Shown: positions 39,100-49,909, numbered from the stretch's first letter. The stretch: 64,000 nt of DNA from Candidatus Multivorans sp. (GCA_965224025.1 OZ245033.1:3040001-3104000); one strand, 5' to 3'. Notes: a model not told the origin generated them from the letters alone. Numbers and translations: made by a program.

Positions 39100-39319
39100 T
39101 TGGGCGCAGCGGCGTCCTCGCCACCGCCGGCGGTCTGGTCTGGAGCGCCAGCGTCGACGGGTACTCGCCCTGGACGAGGAGACCGGTGAACCGCTGTGGC
39201 GGATCTCGCTCGGCGCCGCGCCGCACGCATCTCCGATGAGTTACGCGGTCGGCGGGCAGAAGCGGGTGGTCGTCGCGATGGGCAACGTCGTCTTTGTGTT
39301 CGGTCTGGCTGGGGAGTAG
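39100..39319 (+). pseudogene. C-terminal remnant of a PQQ-dependent dehydrogenase
   Basis: SGVLATAGGLVW../ALDEETGEPLW..SPMSYAVGGQ..VVAMGNVVFVFGL*, with a frameshift. Confidence 0.75.
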
Positions 39320-39363
39320 GGTCCGGGCAGGTCGGCACGAAGCAAGCGGAGGTGTCGGAAGAG

Positions 39364-41949
39364 ATGGGAGTCCCCTGGTGGCGCCTTGCGGCGTGCGCGC
39401 ACTTGCTTGTCCTGTTCGTGGCTGGTCCTTCGCCAGGCCAGCAGGACGGCGAGTCCAAAGGTTCGGAGCCCGCACACGCCGAAGCCGAGTCCGACGATCC
39501 GGCGGCCCACGTCCACGACGAGATCGTGGTGACCGGCACCCGCGCGCGGCAGCGGTCCATCACCGAGTCGATGGCGCCGGTCGATGTGATTTCCGCCGAG
39601 CACGTGGCGCATCAGGGTGAGACGAACCTCGACGCGCTGCTGCGCAACGTGGTTCCGTCACTGAACATCAGCGCCACCTCCGGCGACGCCGCGGTGGTCG
39701 TGCGGCCGACGAACCTGCGCGGCCTGGCGCCCGACCACACCCTGGTGCTCGTCAACGGCCGGCGGCGCCATCGCGGCGCGGTGATCCTGTGGTCGCGGAT
39801 CGGTGTCTCACACGGCGCTCAGGGCCCGGACTTGTCGACGATTCCCGCCATCGCGCTGCGGCAGGTCGAGGTGCTGCGGGACGGCGCCTCGGCCCAGTAC
39901 GGTTCGGACGCGATTGCCGGGGTGATGAACTTCCTGCTCAAGGACGCCAGCTCCGGCGGGTCGTTCGAGCTGCTCACCGGCGCCTATGGCCAGGGGGACG
40001 GCGAGTCCGTGACCTTCGCCGGCAACGTCGGTCTGCCGTGGGGCGAGAGCGGCTTCGTCAACCTGAGCCTGGAGTACGGCGGCGCGGAGCCGACGAACCG
40101 GAACATCCAGCGCGCGGACGCCGCGCTGCTGGTCGCCGCCGGCAACACCCATGTCGCCGCCCCGGCGCAGCTCTTCGGCGCGCCGGAGGTCGAGGACGAC
40201 CTGAAGCTGTGGGCGAACTTCGGACGTCCCCTGGGCGGAGGCAGTTCGCAGTTCTACGGCCATGCGAACTACGCCAGCCGGCGGGTGGGGAGCCGCAACT
40301 TCTTCTTCCGCAACCCGAACACGCGGGACGCGGTGTTCAGCGGCGACGGCGGCGCCACGCTGCTGATCGGCGATGCGCTCGACGCGGCCGACGGGATCGT
40401 CGACGGGTCCGCCGGCTGTCCCTCCGTCTCGGTTTCGAACGGCCTGCCGGACCAGGGCGCGCTTGCCCGCGTGTTTGCCGATCCGAACTGCTTCAGCTTC
40501 CAGGAGATGTTCCCGGGCGGCTTTCAGCCGGTGTTCGGCGGCGACCGCACCGATGCTTCCCTGGTCGCCGGCGTGCGCGGATACACGGCCTCTGGCTTGA
40601 CCTGGGACGCGAGCCTCAGCACCGGCTCGAACGAGGCCGACTTCTTCCTCTACGACAGCGTGAACGCGTCCCTGGGGCCGGACACGCCGACCGCCTTCGA
40701 CCCCGGCTCCTACACGCAGGAGGAGCTGAGTGCGAACTTCGACGTCGCCCGCAACCTGAGCGAGCGGCTCCACCTCGCCGCCGGGCTGGAGTGGCGCAAC
40801 GAAGGGTTCGAGATCGGCCTCGGCGACATGGATTCCTGGCGTATCGGTCCCTATGCGCAGCAGGGCTTCAGTTCGGGCGCAAACGGCTTCCCGGGCTTCA
40901 GTCCGATCGCGGCCGGCGACTGGAACCGTTCGAACACCGCCGTCTACGGCGACCTGGAGTACGGGCCCCCCGACCACTCGTGGACCATTGGGACGGCGCT
41001 TCGCTTCGAGAACTATGACGACTTCGGCTCGACGGTGAACGGCAAGCTGGCGGGCCGCCGGGAGGTTGCGCCCGGACTGGCGCTCCGTGGCGGAGTCAGC
41101 ACCGGCTTCCGGGCGCCGACGCCCGGCCAGCAGAACGCCTTCAACGTCTCGACGCAGTGGGATCCCAACCTGATGGAGTTGGTGAACAACGGCACGATCC
41201 CGTCCACCTCGCGGGTGGCGGCGCTGCGCGGCGGCAAGGCCCTGGACGCCGAGAAGTCACTCAACCTGGCGGCCGGCATGGTCCTGGAGCGGGGTTCGTT
41301 CCTGCTCACGGCCGACGTGTTCCGGATCGACCTGCGCGACCGCCTGGGCGTGACCCAGCTCTTCGCGCTGGAGGCGGACGAGGTGGACCAGCTCCTGGCC
41401 GAGGGCATCACCAGCGCCGCGAATCTCGCGAACTTCCGCTTCTTCGCCAACGACTTCGAGACCCGCACGGAGGGCGTCGACCTGGTCGCGTCCTGGCAGC
41501 CGCCGGCCTGGGGCGGCCACACGACGCTCGATTTCGCGGTCAACCTGACCCGTACCGATGTCGTCGAGCACAATCCGGCGACCCTGGACACGCGGCGGAT
41601 CCGCGAACTGCGCGACGCCCTTCCCGGCTTGCGCTGGAACGCCTCGGTGCACCACGAGATCGGCCGGGTGGAACTGCTGGGACGCCTCGGCTATTTCGAC
41701 GGATGGTGGGATCCGAGGGACGCCTGGGCCTACGGCGGCGCCTACCTCGTCGACCTGGAGGCGGCGCTGCGGATCGACGAGCGCACTCGGTTCGTGATCG
41801 GCGGCCGCAACGCGCTGGACGGCGCCGCCGACCGCAATCCGAACCCGACGGTGATCGGCAACGTCTACAGCACGCGCGCGCCGTTCGACACGAACGGCGG
41901 CTTCTACTACGCGCGGTTGCAGTACCGGTGGGGAGCGGGCGGCGACTAG
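39364..41949 (+). CDS. TonB-dependent receptor
   Basis: EIVVTGTR TonB box, LVLVNGRR, VEVLRDGASAQYGSDAIAGV.N plug and aromatic beta-strand C-terminus. Confidence 0.95.
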   Translation: MGVPWWRLAACAHLLVLFVAGPSPGQQDGESKGSEPAHAEAESDDPAAHVHDEIVVTGTRARQRSITESMAPVDVISAEHVAHQGETNLDALLRNVVPSLNISATSGDAAVVVRPTNLRGLAPDHTLVLVNGRRRHRGAVILWSRIGVSHGAQGPDLSTIPAIALRQVEVLRDGASAQYGSDAIAGVMNFLLKDASSGGSFELLTGAYGQGDGESVTFAGNVGLPWGESGFVNLSLEYGGAEPTNRNIQRADAALLVAAGNTHVAAPAQLFGAPEVEDDLKLWANFGRPLGGGSSQFYGHANYASRRVGSRNFFFRNPNTRDAVFSGDGGATLLIGDALDAADGIVDGSAGCPSVSVSNGLPDQGALARVFADPNCFSFQEMFPGGFQPVFGGDRTDASLVAGVRGYTASGLTWDASLSTGSNEADFFLYDSVNASLGPDTPTAFDPGSYTQEELSANFDVARNLSERLHLAAGLEWRNEGFEIGLGDMDSWRIGPYAQQGFSSGANGFPGFSPIAAGDWNRSNTAVYGDLEYGPPDHSWTIGTALRFENYDDFGSTVNGKLAGRREVAPGLALRGGVSTGFRAPTPGQQNAFNVSTQWDPNLMELVNNGTIPSTSRVAALRGGKALDAEKSLNLAAGMVLERGSFLLTADVFRIDLRDRLGVTQLFALEADEVDQLLAEGITSAANLANFRFFANDFETRTEGVDLVASWQPPAWGGHTTLDFAVNLTRTDVVEHNPATLDTRRIRELRDALPGLRWNASVHHEIGRVELLGRLGYFDGWWDPRDAWAYGGAYLVDLEAALRIDERTRFVIGGRNALDGAADRNPNPTVIGNVYSTRAPFDTNGGFYYARLQYRWGAGGD

Positions 41950-41981
41950 CAATCAGCGCTGTGAATGCGCAGCGCTCGCTG

Positions 41982-43637
41982 CTACGGCTCGGGCGGTCCG
42001 CCGGCCTGGGATCCGTAGCGCTCGGCCATCGCCTCGCGGATGCGGCTCGATTCGTCCTCCGCGCCGCCTTTGAACCAGGCGTGCTCGGGCCGGGCGAGGA
42101 TCGAGTCGATCAGTGCCCGCACCGTCCGGGCCTGACGCTTGCGCCCGGTGGCGTCCGCGTGCTCGGTCATCTCGAGGGCTTGCGGAATGAACTCCATGTA
42201 GAAGCGCTCGGCGACCTCGAACATGCCGTGCCAGTGAGTGTAGTCGGGCGCCATCATCGAGGCGCCGTGGCGGGCCCGCCGTCCTTCGTGGTGCCAGAGG
42301 TAGAACCAGGTCCACTCGATCTCCTCGTCGAATTGAGTGGGGCTTCGAAGTCCGTGCTCGAGTAGCGCGGACACGATCGCCTGTCCCGGCTTGGCGAACT
42401 TCTCGTTGTAGAGGGTCACGAGGTCGTCGTACTGTTTGTAGAAGGCGTTGACGTAGTCGGGCGTATGGCAGTGCGAGCAGACCTCCTTCATGCGCGTACG
42501 CTTCGCTTCGGCGGTGTCGGCGATTCGTTCCCGGCGCTCCGCCGGGTCGGCCGTGGTCACGATGCGGTGTTCCGCGTCCGTGTCCATCGGCAGGCTGACC
42601 GGTGGCCTGTTGGTCCAGGAGATCCGTTCGCCGGGATCATGGGTGACGCGGCCGTTGTTCCGGGTGTGGCCCGACATGTGACAGGTCGCGCAGGTCGGCG
42701 CCGCCGAGTAGTCCACGCCCAGCACCCAGTCCTCGCCGTCGAGGTTCATGGAGTCGGTCAGGTCGCGGTAGGCGACGCCGTGCTTCGACTCTTCGTAGAT
42801 TTCCTTCTGCGGATGGTCGGGCCCGAGATGGCACTTGCCGCAGTTCTCGGGTTGGCGGGCGCGCCGCGGCGAGAAATCGTGGCGGCTGTGACAGGCGCTG
42901 CAGGAACCGCGCGAGCCGTCCAGGTTGAGGCGGCCGATGCCCGTGTTGGGCCAGGTGCCGGGGTCGAACAGGGGCCGACCGTCGTCGTTGCGCAGGATGC
43001 GGTCGAGGACCTCGGCTTTGGTCGGGATGCCGTCCTCGTCGGGGCGCAGGTCGTCGAGCGTGATCGTGCCGCCGTCGGTGGCCCTGAGGGCGACCTTGGA
43101 ACCGTGGCATTGCTGACAGCCGAGGAACGCGCTGGCGAGGCCGTTGACCGGTTCCATCGGGCGGCCCGGCGTGGGCGAGTGGGGGTTGAACGGCTGTGTC
43201 GAGCCTTCGACCGTCTCGGCCAGGAAGTTGTCCAGGGAAGCGAGGATGTTGCCGCCGGCGGCGTGATGGCTGCGCGCGAACTCCTCGGCCTCGTGAGGGT
43301 GGCAGGCGGCGCAGTCCCTGGGCGTGACCACGGTCGCTATCTGGAAACCGTAGTGGTCGTGACTGTCGGGATCTTCCGCTAGCGCGCGATGGCACTCGAC
43401 GCAGCCGACGCCCTTCTCGGCGTGGGTGCTGCCGCGCCAGTGGTCGATGATCCCAGGATTCGTTTCCTGATGGCATTCGATGCAGTCGACGGAACTGGCC
43501 GGCGCGACGATTCGCTCCGGGCGCAGGCCGGCCTCTTCGGCGCGGCGGATCGTCTCCAGCCACTGGACGAACACGAGCGAGAGAATGAACACGCCTCCCA
43601 GGCTGCCGATGATGATGCGCTTGGTTTCCAGGGTCAT
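41982..43637 (-). CDS. Membrane-anchored octaheme cytochrome c, hydroxylamine oxidoreductase (HAO) family
   Basis: Eight CxxCH; CSACHSRH.FS, CGKCHLGPDHPQ.EIY.ESKHG, APTCATCHM and APDYTHWHG. Confidence 0.9.
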   Translation of the reverse strand: MTLETKRIIIGSLGGVFILSLVFVQWLETIRRAEEAGLRPERIVAPASSVDCIECHQETNPGIIDHWRGSTHAEKGVGCVECHRALAEDPDSHDHYGFQIATVVTPRDCAACHPHEAEEFARSHHAAGGNILASLDNFLAETVEGSTQPFNPHSPTPGRPMEPVNGLASAFLGCQQCHGSKVALRATDGGTITLDDLRPDEDGIPTKAEVLDRILRNDDGRPLFDPGTWPNTGIGRLNLDGSRGSCSACHSRHDFSPRRARQPENCGKCHLGPDHPQKEIYEESKHGVAYRDLTDSMNLDGEDWVLGVDYSAAPTCATCHMSGHTRNNGRVTHDPGERISWTNRPPVSLPMDTDAEHRIVTTADPAERRERIADTAEAKRTRMKEVCSHCHTPDYVNAFYKQYDDLVTLYNEKFAKPGQAIVSALLEHGLRSPTQFDEEIEWTWFYLWHHEGRRARHGASMMAPDYTHWHGMFEVAERFYMEFIPQALEMTEHADATGRKRQARTVRALIDSILARPEHAWFKGGAEDESSRIREAMAERYGSQAGGPPEP

Positions 43638-43659
43638 CGCTGGCCGTCCTTTCGTTGGT

Positions 43660-44709
43660 TCAATGGGGCGCCACGGCTTCCCAGATCGTCATCCCGATGA
43701 TCAGGAGCGTCGCCGCCACGCCGATCCAGACGCTCGCTTCGCGCAGGCGGGTGCGCCGGCGCAACCAGGCGTCGATGAAGGGCCAGGCGAACATGAGGAA
43801 GACGATCAGACCCATGCTGAGCACTGCGGCCGTGCCGCCCATCAGCTTGAGCCAGCGGAACGTGACGTAGAAGAACCACTCCGGCTTGATCTCCTCCGGC
43901 GTGGTCAGGGGGTCGGCGAGCGGGCCCATCGTGGCCGGCGCCAGCGTCGCCAGAGCGCTGAGAACGACCATCAGAACCAGGCCGATGATGAGTTCGGTGT
44001 AGAGGTGGTCGGGAATGAAGGGGAACTTGCGGTCCTCGGTCGCCGGTTCCTCCCGGAACTTCAACTCGGTCACGCCCTGAATCCGCACCAGCGCGATGTG
44101 CGCCGCGATCAACGCGACGAGGAATCCCGGCAGCACGGCGGCATGGAGCACGAAGAATCGGGCCAGGGTTCTCTCGTTGTAGGCCTCTCCCGCGAGCAGC
44201 ATCTTCTTCAGGAAGCCGCCGATCACCGGGATCGTGTCGGCTATGTTCGCGGACACGGTCGCGCCCCAGTAGCTCAGTTGCTCGAAGACCAGGCTGTAGC
44301 CGGTGAAGCCGAGCATCAGGGTGCAGAGCAGGAGCAACATGCCGACCATCCAGTTCATTTCCCGCGGCTTGCGGTAGGCGCCGGTGAAATAGACTCGAAT
44401 CTGGTGCAGCACGACGGCGGCGATCATCAGCGTCGCCGCCCACTTGTGAACGCTGCGCAGGTACCAGCCGAAGGATGCCTCCTCGGTGATGTAGCGCACC
44501 GATTCCCAGGCGGTCGACGGATGGGGCTGGTAGTAGAGCGCCAGCAGGACGCCGGTGACGATCTGGACCACGAACAGGTAGGCCGGCGTGCCGCCGAGAG
44601 CGAACCACCAACGCTTGAGATGGTGGGGGACGGGTTCGTTGGTGAGTTCGCGGAGCGCGCCGGGCGCGATCGGAATCCGGTCGTCGAGCCAACGCTTGAT
44701 CGTGGTCAT
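43660..44709 (-). CDS. Cytochrome b (with fused subunit IV) of a Rieske/cytb complex
   Basis: QIVTG..L..YY.P, GW.LR..H.W, LH..RV, SYWG, RFF.LH and IKPEW. Confidence 0.93.
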   Translation of the reverse strand: MTTIKRWLDDRIPIAPGALRELTNEPVPHHLKRWWFALGGTPAYLFVVQIVTGVLLALYYQPHPSTAWESVRYITEEASFGWYLRSVHKWAATLMIAAVVLHQIRVYFTGAYRKPREMNWMVGMLLLLCTLMLGFTGYSLVFEQLSYWGATVSANIADTIPVIGGFLKKMLLAGEAYNERTLARFFVLHAAVLPGFLVALIAAHIALVRIQGVTELKFREEPATEDRKFPFIPDHLYTELIIGLVLMVVLSALATLAPATMGPLADPLTTPEEIKPEWFFYVTFRWLKLMGGTAAVLSMGLIVFLMFAWPFIDAWLRRRTRLREASVWIGVAATLLIIGMTIWEAVAPH

Positions 44710-45227
44710 GACCGGGGGCTCGGCGCCCTCAGCGGCACCGCCTCGACCTCGACGAACAGCATGCCGTTCCTCACCTCGACCGGGTAGCCCGAAAGCACCA
44801 TGCCCTCGGGTGGCCCGGCGGTGCCCAGGCCGTCGGAGTCGAAGACTCCGTTGTGGCACGGACAGAAGTAGCGGTTGTGTTGCGGCTGCCAATAGACCTG
44901 GCAGCCCAGGTGGGGGCAGACGCTCGAGAGCGCGGTGAAGTCCTCATTGCCGCCGGTGTCGTTGCGGCGGGTGACGTGAACCTCGGCCCCCGCCGGCGTC
45001 GTGTAGGTCAGGCTCTCGCCGGTCGCGAGGCGGTCGAGCGGCGCGACGAATTGCCATACCCGCTCGGAGGCGCGGGCAGGATAGAGGAACCGGCCGAGGA
45101 TGGCGCCGAACGCTCCATAGCCGCCGGCCAGCCCCAGGGCCATGGCCGAGCGCGAAAGACCGGCGAGAAACCGCCGGCGTCGTAAGTCGGCGGGATCGTC
45201 CGAAGGTGGCGCCTCTGACGAGGACAT
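44706..45227 (-). CDS. Rieske 2Fe-2S subunit
   Basis: RRRFL Tat motif, CPHLGC and CPCHNG.F. Confidence 0.95.
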   Translation of the reverse strand: MSSSEAPPSDDPADLRRRRFLAGLSRSAMALGLAGGYGAFGAILGRFLYPARASERVWQFVAPLDRLATGESLTYTTPAGAEVHVTRRNDTGGNEDFTALSSVCPHLGCQVYWQPQHNRYFCPCHNGVFDSDGLGTAGPPEGMVLSGYPVEVRNGMLFVEVEAVPLRAPSPRS

Positions 45228-45288
45228 CTGGACGGCAAACCTATCAGTCGGGACTTGTCGCTGCCATCCCGTTGGTGGTCAGGGACGG

Positions 45289-48200
45289 TCAGGAACCGCG
45301 AAGGGCCGGAGCGCCGTGGGAGATGGCCAAGCCGGCTCTCCGCGCCGCTCTGCGCCGGCCGCGGATCGCCCGCCGCCGTTCGCGGCCGCGCTCGACCAGG
45401 AGGTAGAGCGAGGGCACGAAGACCAGCGTGATCAGTGTCGAGGCGAGCAGTCCGCCGCCGACGACCCGGGCCAGGGGCGCCTGCAGCTCGGCGCCCTCGC
45501 CGATCCCGAGGGTCAGCGGCAGCAGGCCGAGCGCGGTCGTCAGCGTCGTCATCAGAATCGGACGCAGGCGGCGCCTGGAACCGCGGATCAGCGCCTCGTG
45601 CAGGGTGCAGCCGACGTCCCGGCGCATCCGGTTCACGTTGTCCACCAGGACGATCGCGTTGTTGACCACGATGCCGACCAGGACCACGAGGCCGAGGAAG
45701 GAGTTCATGTTCAGGGTCGTGCCGGTGACCGCCAGGGTCAGGAGCACGCCGAGCAGCGAGAAGGGCACCGCGGTCATGATGACCAGGGGCTGGAGCAGGG
45801 ACTCGAACTGAACCGCCATCACCGTGTAGACGAGGAAGACCGCGAGCAGCACGCCGATCAAGAGTTCCACGAAGACCTGGCGCTGTTCTTCCAGCTCACC
45901 GCCCATGTCGACCGCGAAGCCGTAAGGGGTCTCGACCCGCGCCAGCGCGGCTTCGACGTCGCTCGCCACGTCGCTGAAACGACGACCGTCGATGCCGGCG
46001 AGGACCTGCATGATGCGTTCCTGGTTCTCGCGGTTGATCGACAGCGGCCCCTCGCCGGGACTGATGGTCGCGATCGAGCCCAGGCGCACGACGTCGCCGT
46101 GCGGGGTGACGATGGGCAGTTGGGGAAGTTGCTCCAGGCGCAGACGGTCCTCGGGCTGGAGCTGGACCCGGATGTCGAACTCGTCGCCCTGGTCGCGGAA
46201 CCTGGTCGCCACGCGCCCGAGGACGTAGTGCTCGACGGCGTCGGCGACCTGGCTGCCGTTGAGCCCCAGCTCCGCAAGCCGGGCGCGATCGACGCGCAGG
46301 GTGCGTTCGAGTTGGCCGGATTCACGGTCGAGCCGGGGGTGGATGACCCCCGGGATCGCCTCCATCGCCTCGATCACGCGCTGGGCGAGTTCGTCGCCCT
46401 GGTCCAGGTCGTGGCCGCGGATCTCCACCACCAGGCGGGCGTCCTCTCCGCCCCGCATCATGCGCATCATCATGTTGCTGGAGGAGGCGTAGAGCTGGAT
46501 CCGGGCTGCCGGCACGTCGGCGATCGCGTGACGGATCGATGCGACGATTTCCTCCTGGCCGCGACTCCGATCGGTCACCGGGGTGAGCATGATCTCCATC
46601 GTGCCCTGGTTGGACTGGGCGGGGCGCCACCAGCTCTCGGGACCGGCGGTGGTGATCAGGTTGTCGAGTTCGTCGGGGCGGACAGCATTGCGGACCTGGG
46701 CTTCGATCTCGGCCATCGTGCTGGTTGTCGTCTCGAGAGGAGCGCCCACCGGCATTTCGACCTGCATGTTGAGCCGGCCCTCGTCGCTCTCCGGCATCAA
46801 CTCGAGACCGATCACGGGCACCAGGGCAAGGGAACCGAGCAGGAGCACGACGGCCGTGGCCATCACCAGGCCGGGCCTGCCGAGGGCCCACTCGATCATC
46901 CGGCCGTAGGCCATGTCGACGGGACCGAGGGCGGCGACGCACTCGTCCGTGACCTGGCGACTCTTCGGGACCTGCCGCAACCAGCGCGCCGCCGCGGCCG
47001 GAATCAGCGTGAGGGCGACGAACAGCGCGCACAGCAACGCGAAGCTGACGGTGATCGCCAACTGGTTGAAGAAGATGCCGGCGAAACCGGAGATGAAGAC
47101 CACCGGCAGGAAGACGGCCACGGTGGTCAGGGTGCCGGCGGCGATCGCCATCGCCACCTCGTTGCTGCCGGCGATCGCCGCGGCGGTGGGGCGTTCACCC
47201 TCGTGAAGCCGGCGGTAAATGCTCTCGAGCACCACGATCGAGCCGTCGACCAGCATGCCGACGCCGAGCGCGATGCCGGCGAGGGAGATCACGTTCAGGG
47301 TGAAGCCGTTGAAGTACATCAGGGCGACCGTGGCCAGCACCGAGATCGGGATCGCGGCGCCCACGATCAGGGTCGCTCGCAGGTCGCGGAGGAAGAACAT
47401 CAGCACGAGCACCGCCAGCGCGGCGCCGAACAGGGCCCCCAACTGGACGTTGTTCACCGCCTGCCGGATGAAGGCGGCGCCGTCCATGAGGATCGAGATC
47501 TCGGCGCGGCCAGCGTAGTCGCGGTTGATTGCGTCGATCTCGCGCTTCAACCGATCCACGACCTCGACCGTGTTGGAGCCGGACTGCTTCATCACGTACA
47601 TCCGCATGCCCGGAGTACCGTTGATCCAGAGCTCGTTGGTCAGTTCGCGGATACCGTCGTCGACCCGACCGACGTCGCGCACGAGGATCGGCCGACCTTC
47701 GCGGATGGCGACGATCGTGTTCTCGACGTCGACCTTGCGCTCGAACTCTCCGATCGCCCGGATCAGGACCTCGCGCCCCGTTTCGAGCATGTCGCCCGCC
47801 GAGACGTTGCGGTTCTCCCGCGACAGGGCCATGGTGACCTCGCCCGGCGTGATGCCGAGCGCGGCCATCCGGTCGGCGGCGAGCTGGACCTGGATTTCTC
47901 GCACGCGACCGCCCTGGACTTCCACCGAGGCGACGCCGGGCAGGCGCTCCAGCCGCCGGCTGATCGTCTGCTCGGCAAGGTGGCGGACCTGGCGCGCGTC
48001 GCCTTGGCCGGAGAGGCCCAGGAAGACGACCGGCATATCGGAGAGATTGAACTTGAACAGAGTCGGTTCCGAGGCGTCTTCCGGCAGCATGCCGCGCACG
48101 AAGTCGAGCTGTTCGCGGATGTCGTTCACCACTTCGTTCAGGTCGACGCCCCAGTCGAACTGGGCCTGGATGCTGCTCATGCCCTCCGCGGACATGGAGT

Positions 48201-48441
48201 TCAACTTGTCGAGACCGGTGACGGTGGACAGGGCCTGCTCGACCGGGCGGGTGATCAGGCTCTCCATCTCCTCCGGCGCCACGCCTTCGTAGGTCGTCGT
48301 GACCGAGATCATGGGCATGTCGACCTCGGGCATCAGGTCGACGGCAAGCTGACGGACGGCGACAAGGCCGAGCACGGCGACGCACACGTAGAGCATGCCG
48401 ACGCCGACCGGACGGTTGGCGGAGAGACGGGGGAGGTTCAT
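45289..48441 (-). CDS. RND efflux transporter permease (AcrB/MdtB family)
   Basis: 1050 aa; GMLVDGSIV, GIVVNNAI and RLRPILMTTLTT. Confidence 0.96.
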   Translation of the reverse strand: MNLPRLSANRPVGVGMLYVCVAVLGLVAVRQLAVDLMPEVDMPMISVTTTYEGVAPEEMESLITRPVEQALSTVTGLDKLNSMSAEGMSSIQAQFDWGVDLNEVVNDIREQLDFVRGMLPEDASEPTLFKFNLSDMPVVFLGLSGQGDARQVRHLAEQTISRRLERLPGVASVEVQGGRVREIQVQLAADRMAALGITPGEVTMALSRENRNVSAGDMLETGREVLIRAIGEFERKVDVENTIVAIREGRPILVRDVGRVDDGIRELTNELWINGTPGMRMYVMKQSGSNTVEVVDRLKREIDAINRDYAGRAEISILMDGAAFIRQAVNNVQLGALFGAALAVLVLMFFLRDLRATLIVGAAIPISVLATVALMYFNGFTLNVISLAGIALGVGMLVDGSIVVLESIYRRLHEGERPTAAAIAGSNEVAMAIAAGTLTTVAVFLPVVFISGFAGIFFNQLAITVSFALLCALFVALTLIPAAAARWLRQVPKSRQVTDECVAALGPVDMAYGRMIEWALGRPGLVMATAVVLLLGSLALVPVIGLELMPESDEGRLNMQVEMPVGAPLETTTSTMAEIEAQVRNAVRPDELDNLITTAGPESWWRPAQSNQGTMEIMLTPVTDRSRGQEEIVASIRHAIADVPAARIQLYASSSNMMMRMMRGGEDARLVVEIRGHDLDQGDELAQRVIEAMEAIPGVIHPRLDRESGQLERTLRVDRARLAELGLNGSQVADAVEHYVLGRVATRFRDQGDEFDIRVQLQPEDRLRLEQLPQLPIVTPHGDVVRLGSIATISPGEGPLSINRENQERIMQVLAGIDGRRFSDVASDVEAALARVETPYGFAVDMGGELEEQRQVFVELLIGVLLAVFLVYTVMAVQFESLLQPLVIMTAVPFSLLGVLLTLAVTGTTLNMNSFLGLVVLVGIVVNNAIVLVDNVNRMRRDVGCTLHEALIRGSRRRLRPILMTTLTTALGLLPLTLGIGEGAELQAPLARVVGGGLLASTLITLVFVPSLYLLVERGRERRRAIRGRRRAARRAGLAISHGAPALRGS

Positions 48442-48471
48442 CTGCCAATCCTCACGGACTGCTAGTCATCC

Positions 48472-49866
48472 TCAAGACCCGGCGGCGCCGGCGGGGGAGG
48501 CGCCGCCCGGCGCCCCGTTTGCTTTGACCACCCGTATCGGAGCGCCGTTGCCGAGCTGCGTGTGCCCCAGGGTCAGCACCAGCTCGCCAGCCTCGAGGCG
48601 GCCGTCGACGGCGCTGAACTCACCGGAGCGGCCGGCGACGTTGACCGGCCGCCACTCGGCCAGGCCGTCGACCGGAACCAGGACGCCGACCGAGCGGGCG
48701 CCATCCATCGCCACCCGCTCCAGCAGGGCGGCGCCCGGAACGATCAGCGCGTCGTCGAGGTCGCGCAGGCTGACGGAGACGTCCGCGTACATGCCGGGCC
48801 GCAGCAGGTCGTCGGTTCCCGCGAGTTCGCCCTCGACAAGCACGGTGCGATCGTTGCGGCGTACCTCGCCGGCGACCCGGCGCACGGTGCCGGAGAAGAT
48901 CTGCTCGCCCGTGGCTTCGGTCGAGACATCGAAACCGGCGCCTGCCCGAACCGCGGCGAGATCGCGTTCCGGCACCCGGAACTGAACCATGAGCGGCGCC
49001 TCCTCGACCAGCCGCAGGATCGGGGTTCCAGGCTGCACCAGGGCGCCCCGGTCCAGGTAACGGTCGGCGACGACAGCATTGAACGGTGCGCGGACGCGGG
49101 TGTTGGCGAACTGCTCGGCGAACTGGGCCTCCCGCGCCGCGGACTGCCGGACCTGAGCTTCGGCTGCAGCCAGGTTCGCCCTGGCCGTGGCGTACTGGGA
49201 CGTGACCTGCTGCTGTTCCTGCTCCGAGAGCAGGCTCTGGTCGTAGAGCTCCATCGCCCGCTCGTAGTCCGCCTCCACGCCGACCAGTTCGGCCGCCGCC
49301 TTGTCGCGGTTCGCCTGGGCGACGCCAAGTTGACCTCGGGCCTCCTGGAGCTGGTTCTTCAGATCGATGTCGGCGATCACGGCGAGAACGGCGCCGGCAG
49401 CGACCCGCTGGCCGATTCGGGTGGGCATATCGATCAGCAGGCCCGAGACCTGGGGCGAGATGTCGGCGACCTCACCGACCAGTTCGCCGGAGTAGGCGGT
49501 GCGCACCGAGAGATGTCCCCGGCGGGCGGCCTCGGCGCGCACCGGCACGGCCTGGGCCGGCGCGGCGTCGGCGCCGGGCGCCGCTGCCCCGGACTGTGGC
49601 GAACGGCCCAGGGCGATGACGGCCGCCGCGGCCAGAACCACTGTCCCTGCCACGCCAACGGCGATCCAGGGGCCGCTGAGGCGGCGGCGTGGTTTGACGG
49701 CGGGGCGAGAGCCGGCCGGGACGAAGCCGCCCGCGGCGGGATCGAAGCGCTCGGCGCCGTGGGCGTGCTCCGACGGGCGAGGCGCGTTGGCCGCCGGTCC
49801 AGCGGCTGCTCGGGAGCGGGGCGGCACGGGGCCGGTTCCAGCTCCTCCGGATTGAACTATCGCCAT
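48472..49866 (-). CDS. RND periplasmic adaptor (MFP)
   Basis: TM anchor, PQVSG lipoyl half, coiled hairpin, VRAPF and LRPGM. Confidence 0.93.
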   Translation of the reverse strand: MAIVQSGGAGTGPVPPRSRAAAGPAANAPRPSEHAHGAERFDPAAGGFVPAGSRPAVKPRRRLSGPWIAVGVAGTVVLAAAAVIALGRSPQSGAAAPGADAAPAQAVPVRAEAARRGHLSVRTAYSGELVGEVADISPQVSGLLIDMPTRIGQRVAAGAVLAVIADIDLKNQLQEARGQLGVAQANRDKAAAELVGVEADYERAMELYDQSLLSEQEQQQVTSQYATARANLAAAEAQVRQSAAREAQFAEQFANTRVRAPFNAVVADRYLDRGALVQPGTPILRLVEEAPLMVQFRVPERDLAAVRAGAGFDVSTEATGEQIFSGTVRRVAGEVRRNDRTVLVEGELAGTDDLLRPGMYADVSVSLRDLDDALIVPGAALLERVAMDGARSVGVLVPVDGLAEWRPVNVAGRSGEFSAVDGRLEAGELVLTLGHTQLGNGAPIRVVKANGAPGGASPAGAAGS

Positions 49867-49909
49867 GGTCGTCGTTCTCTCTGGTTGGTGGTCGTGCTGT
49901 TGGAGTCGC

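Noticed and set aside
45142-48465. Long antisense or alternative-frame ORFs (e.g. 45142-48465, 53033-55396, 5900-7861, 25017-27008)
   Set aside because: Shadow ORFs caused by high-GC codon bias opposite well-supported genes.
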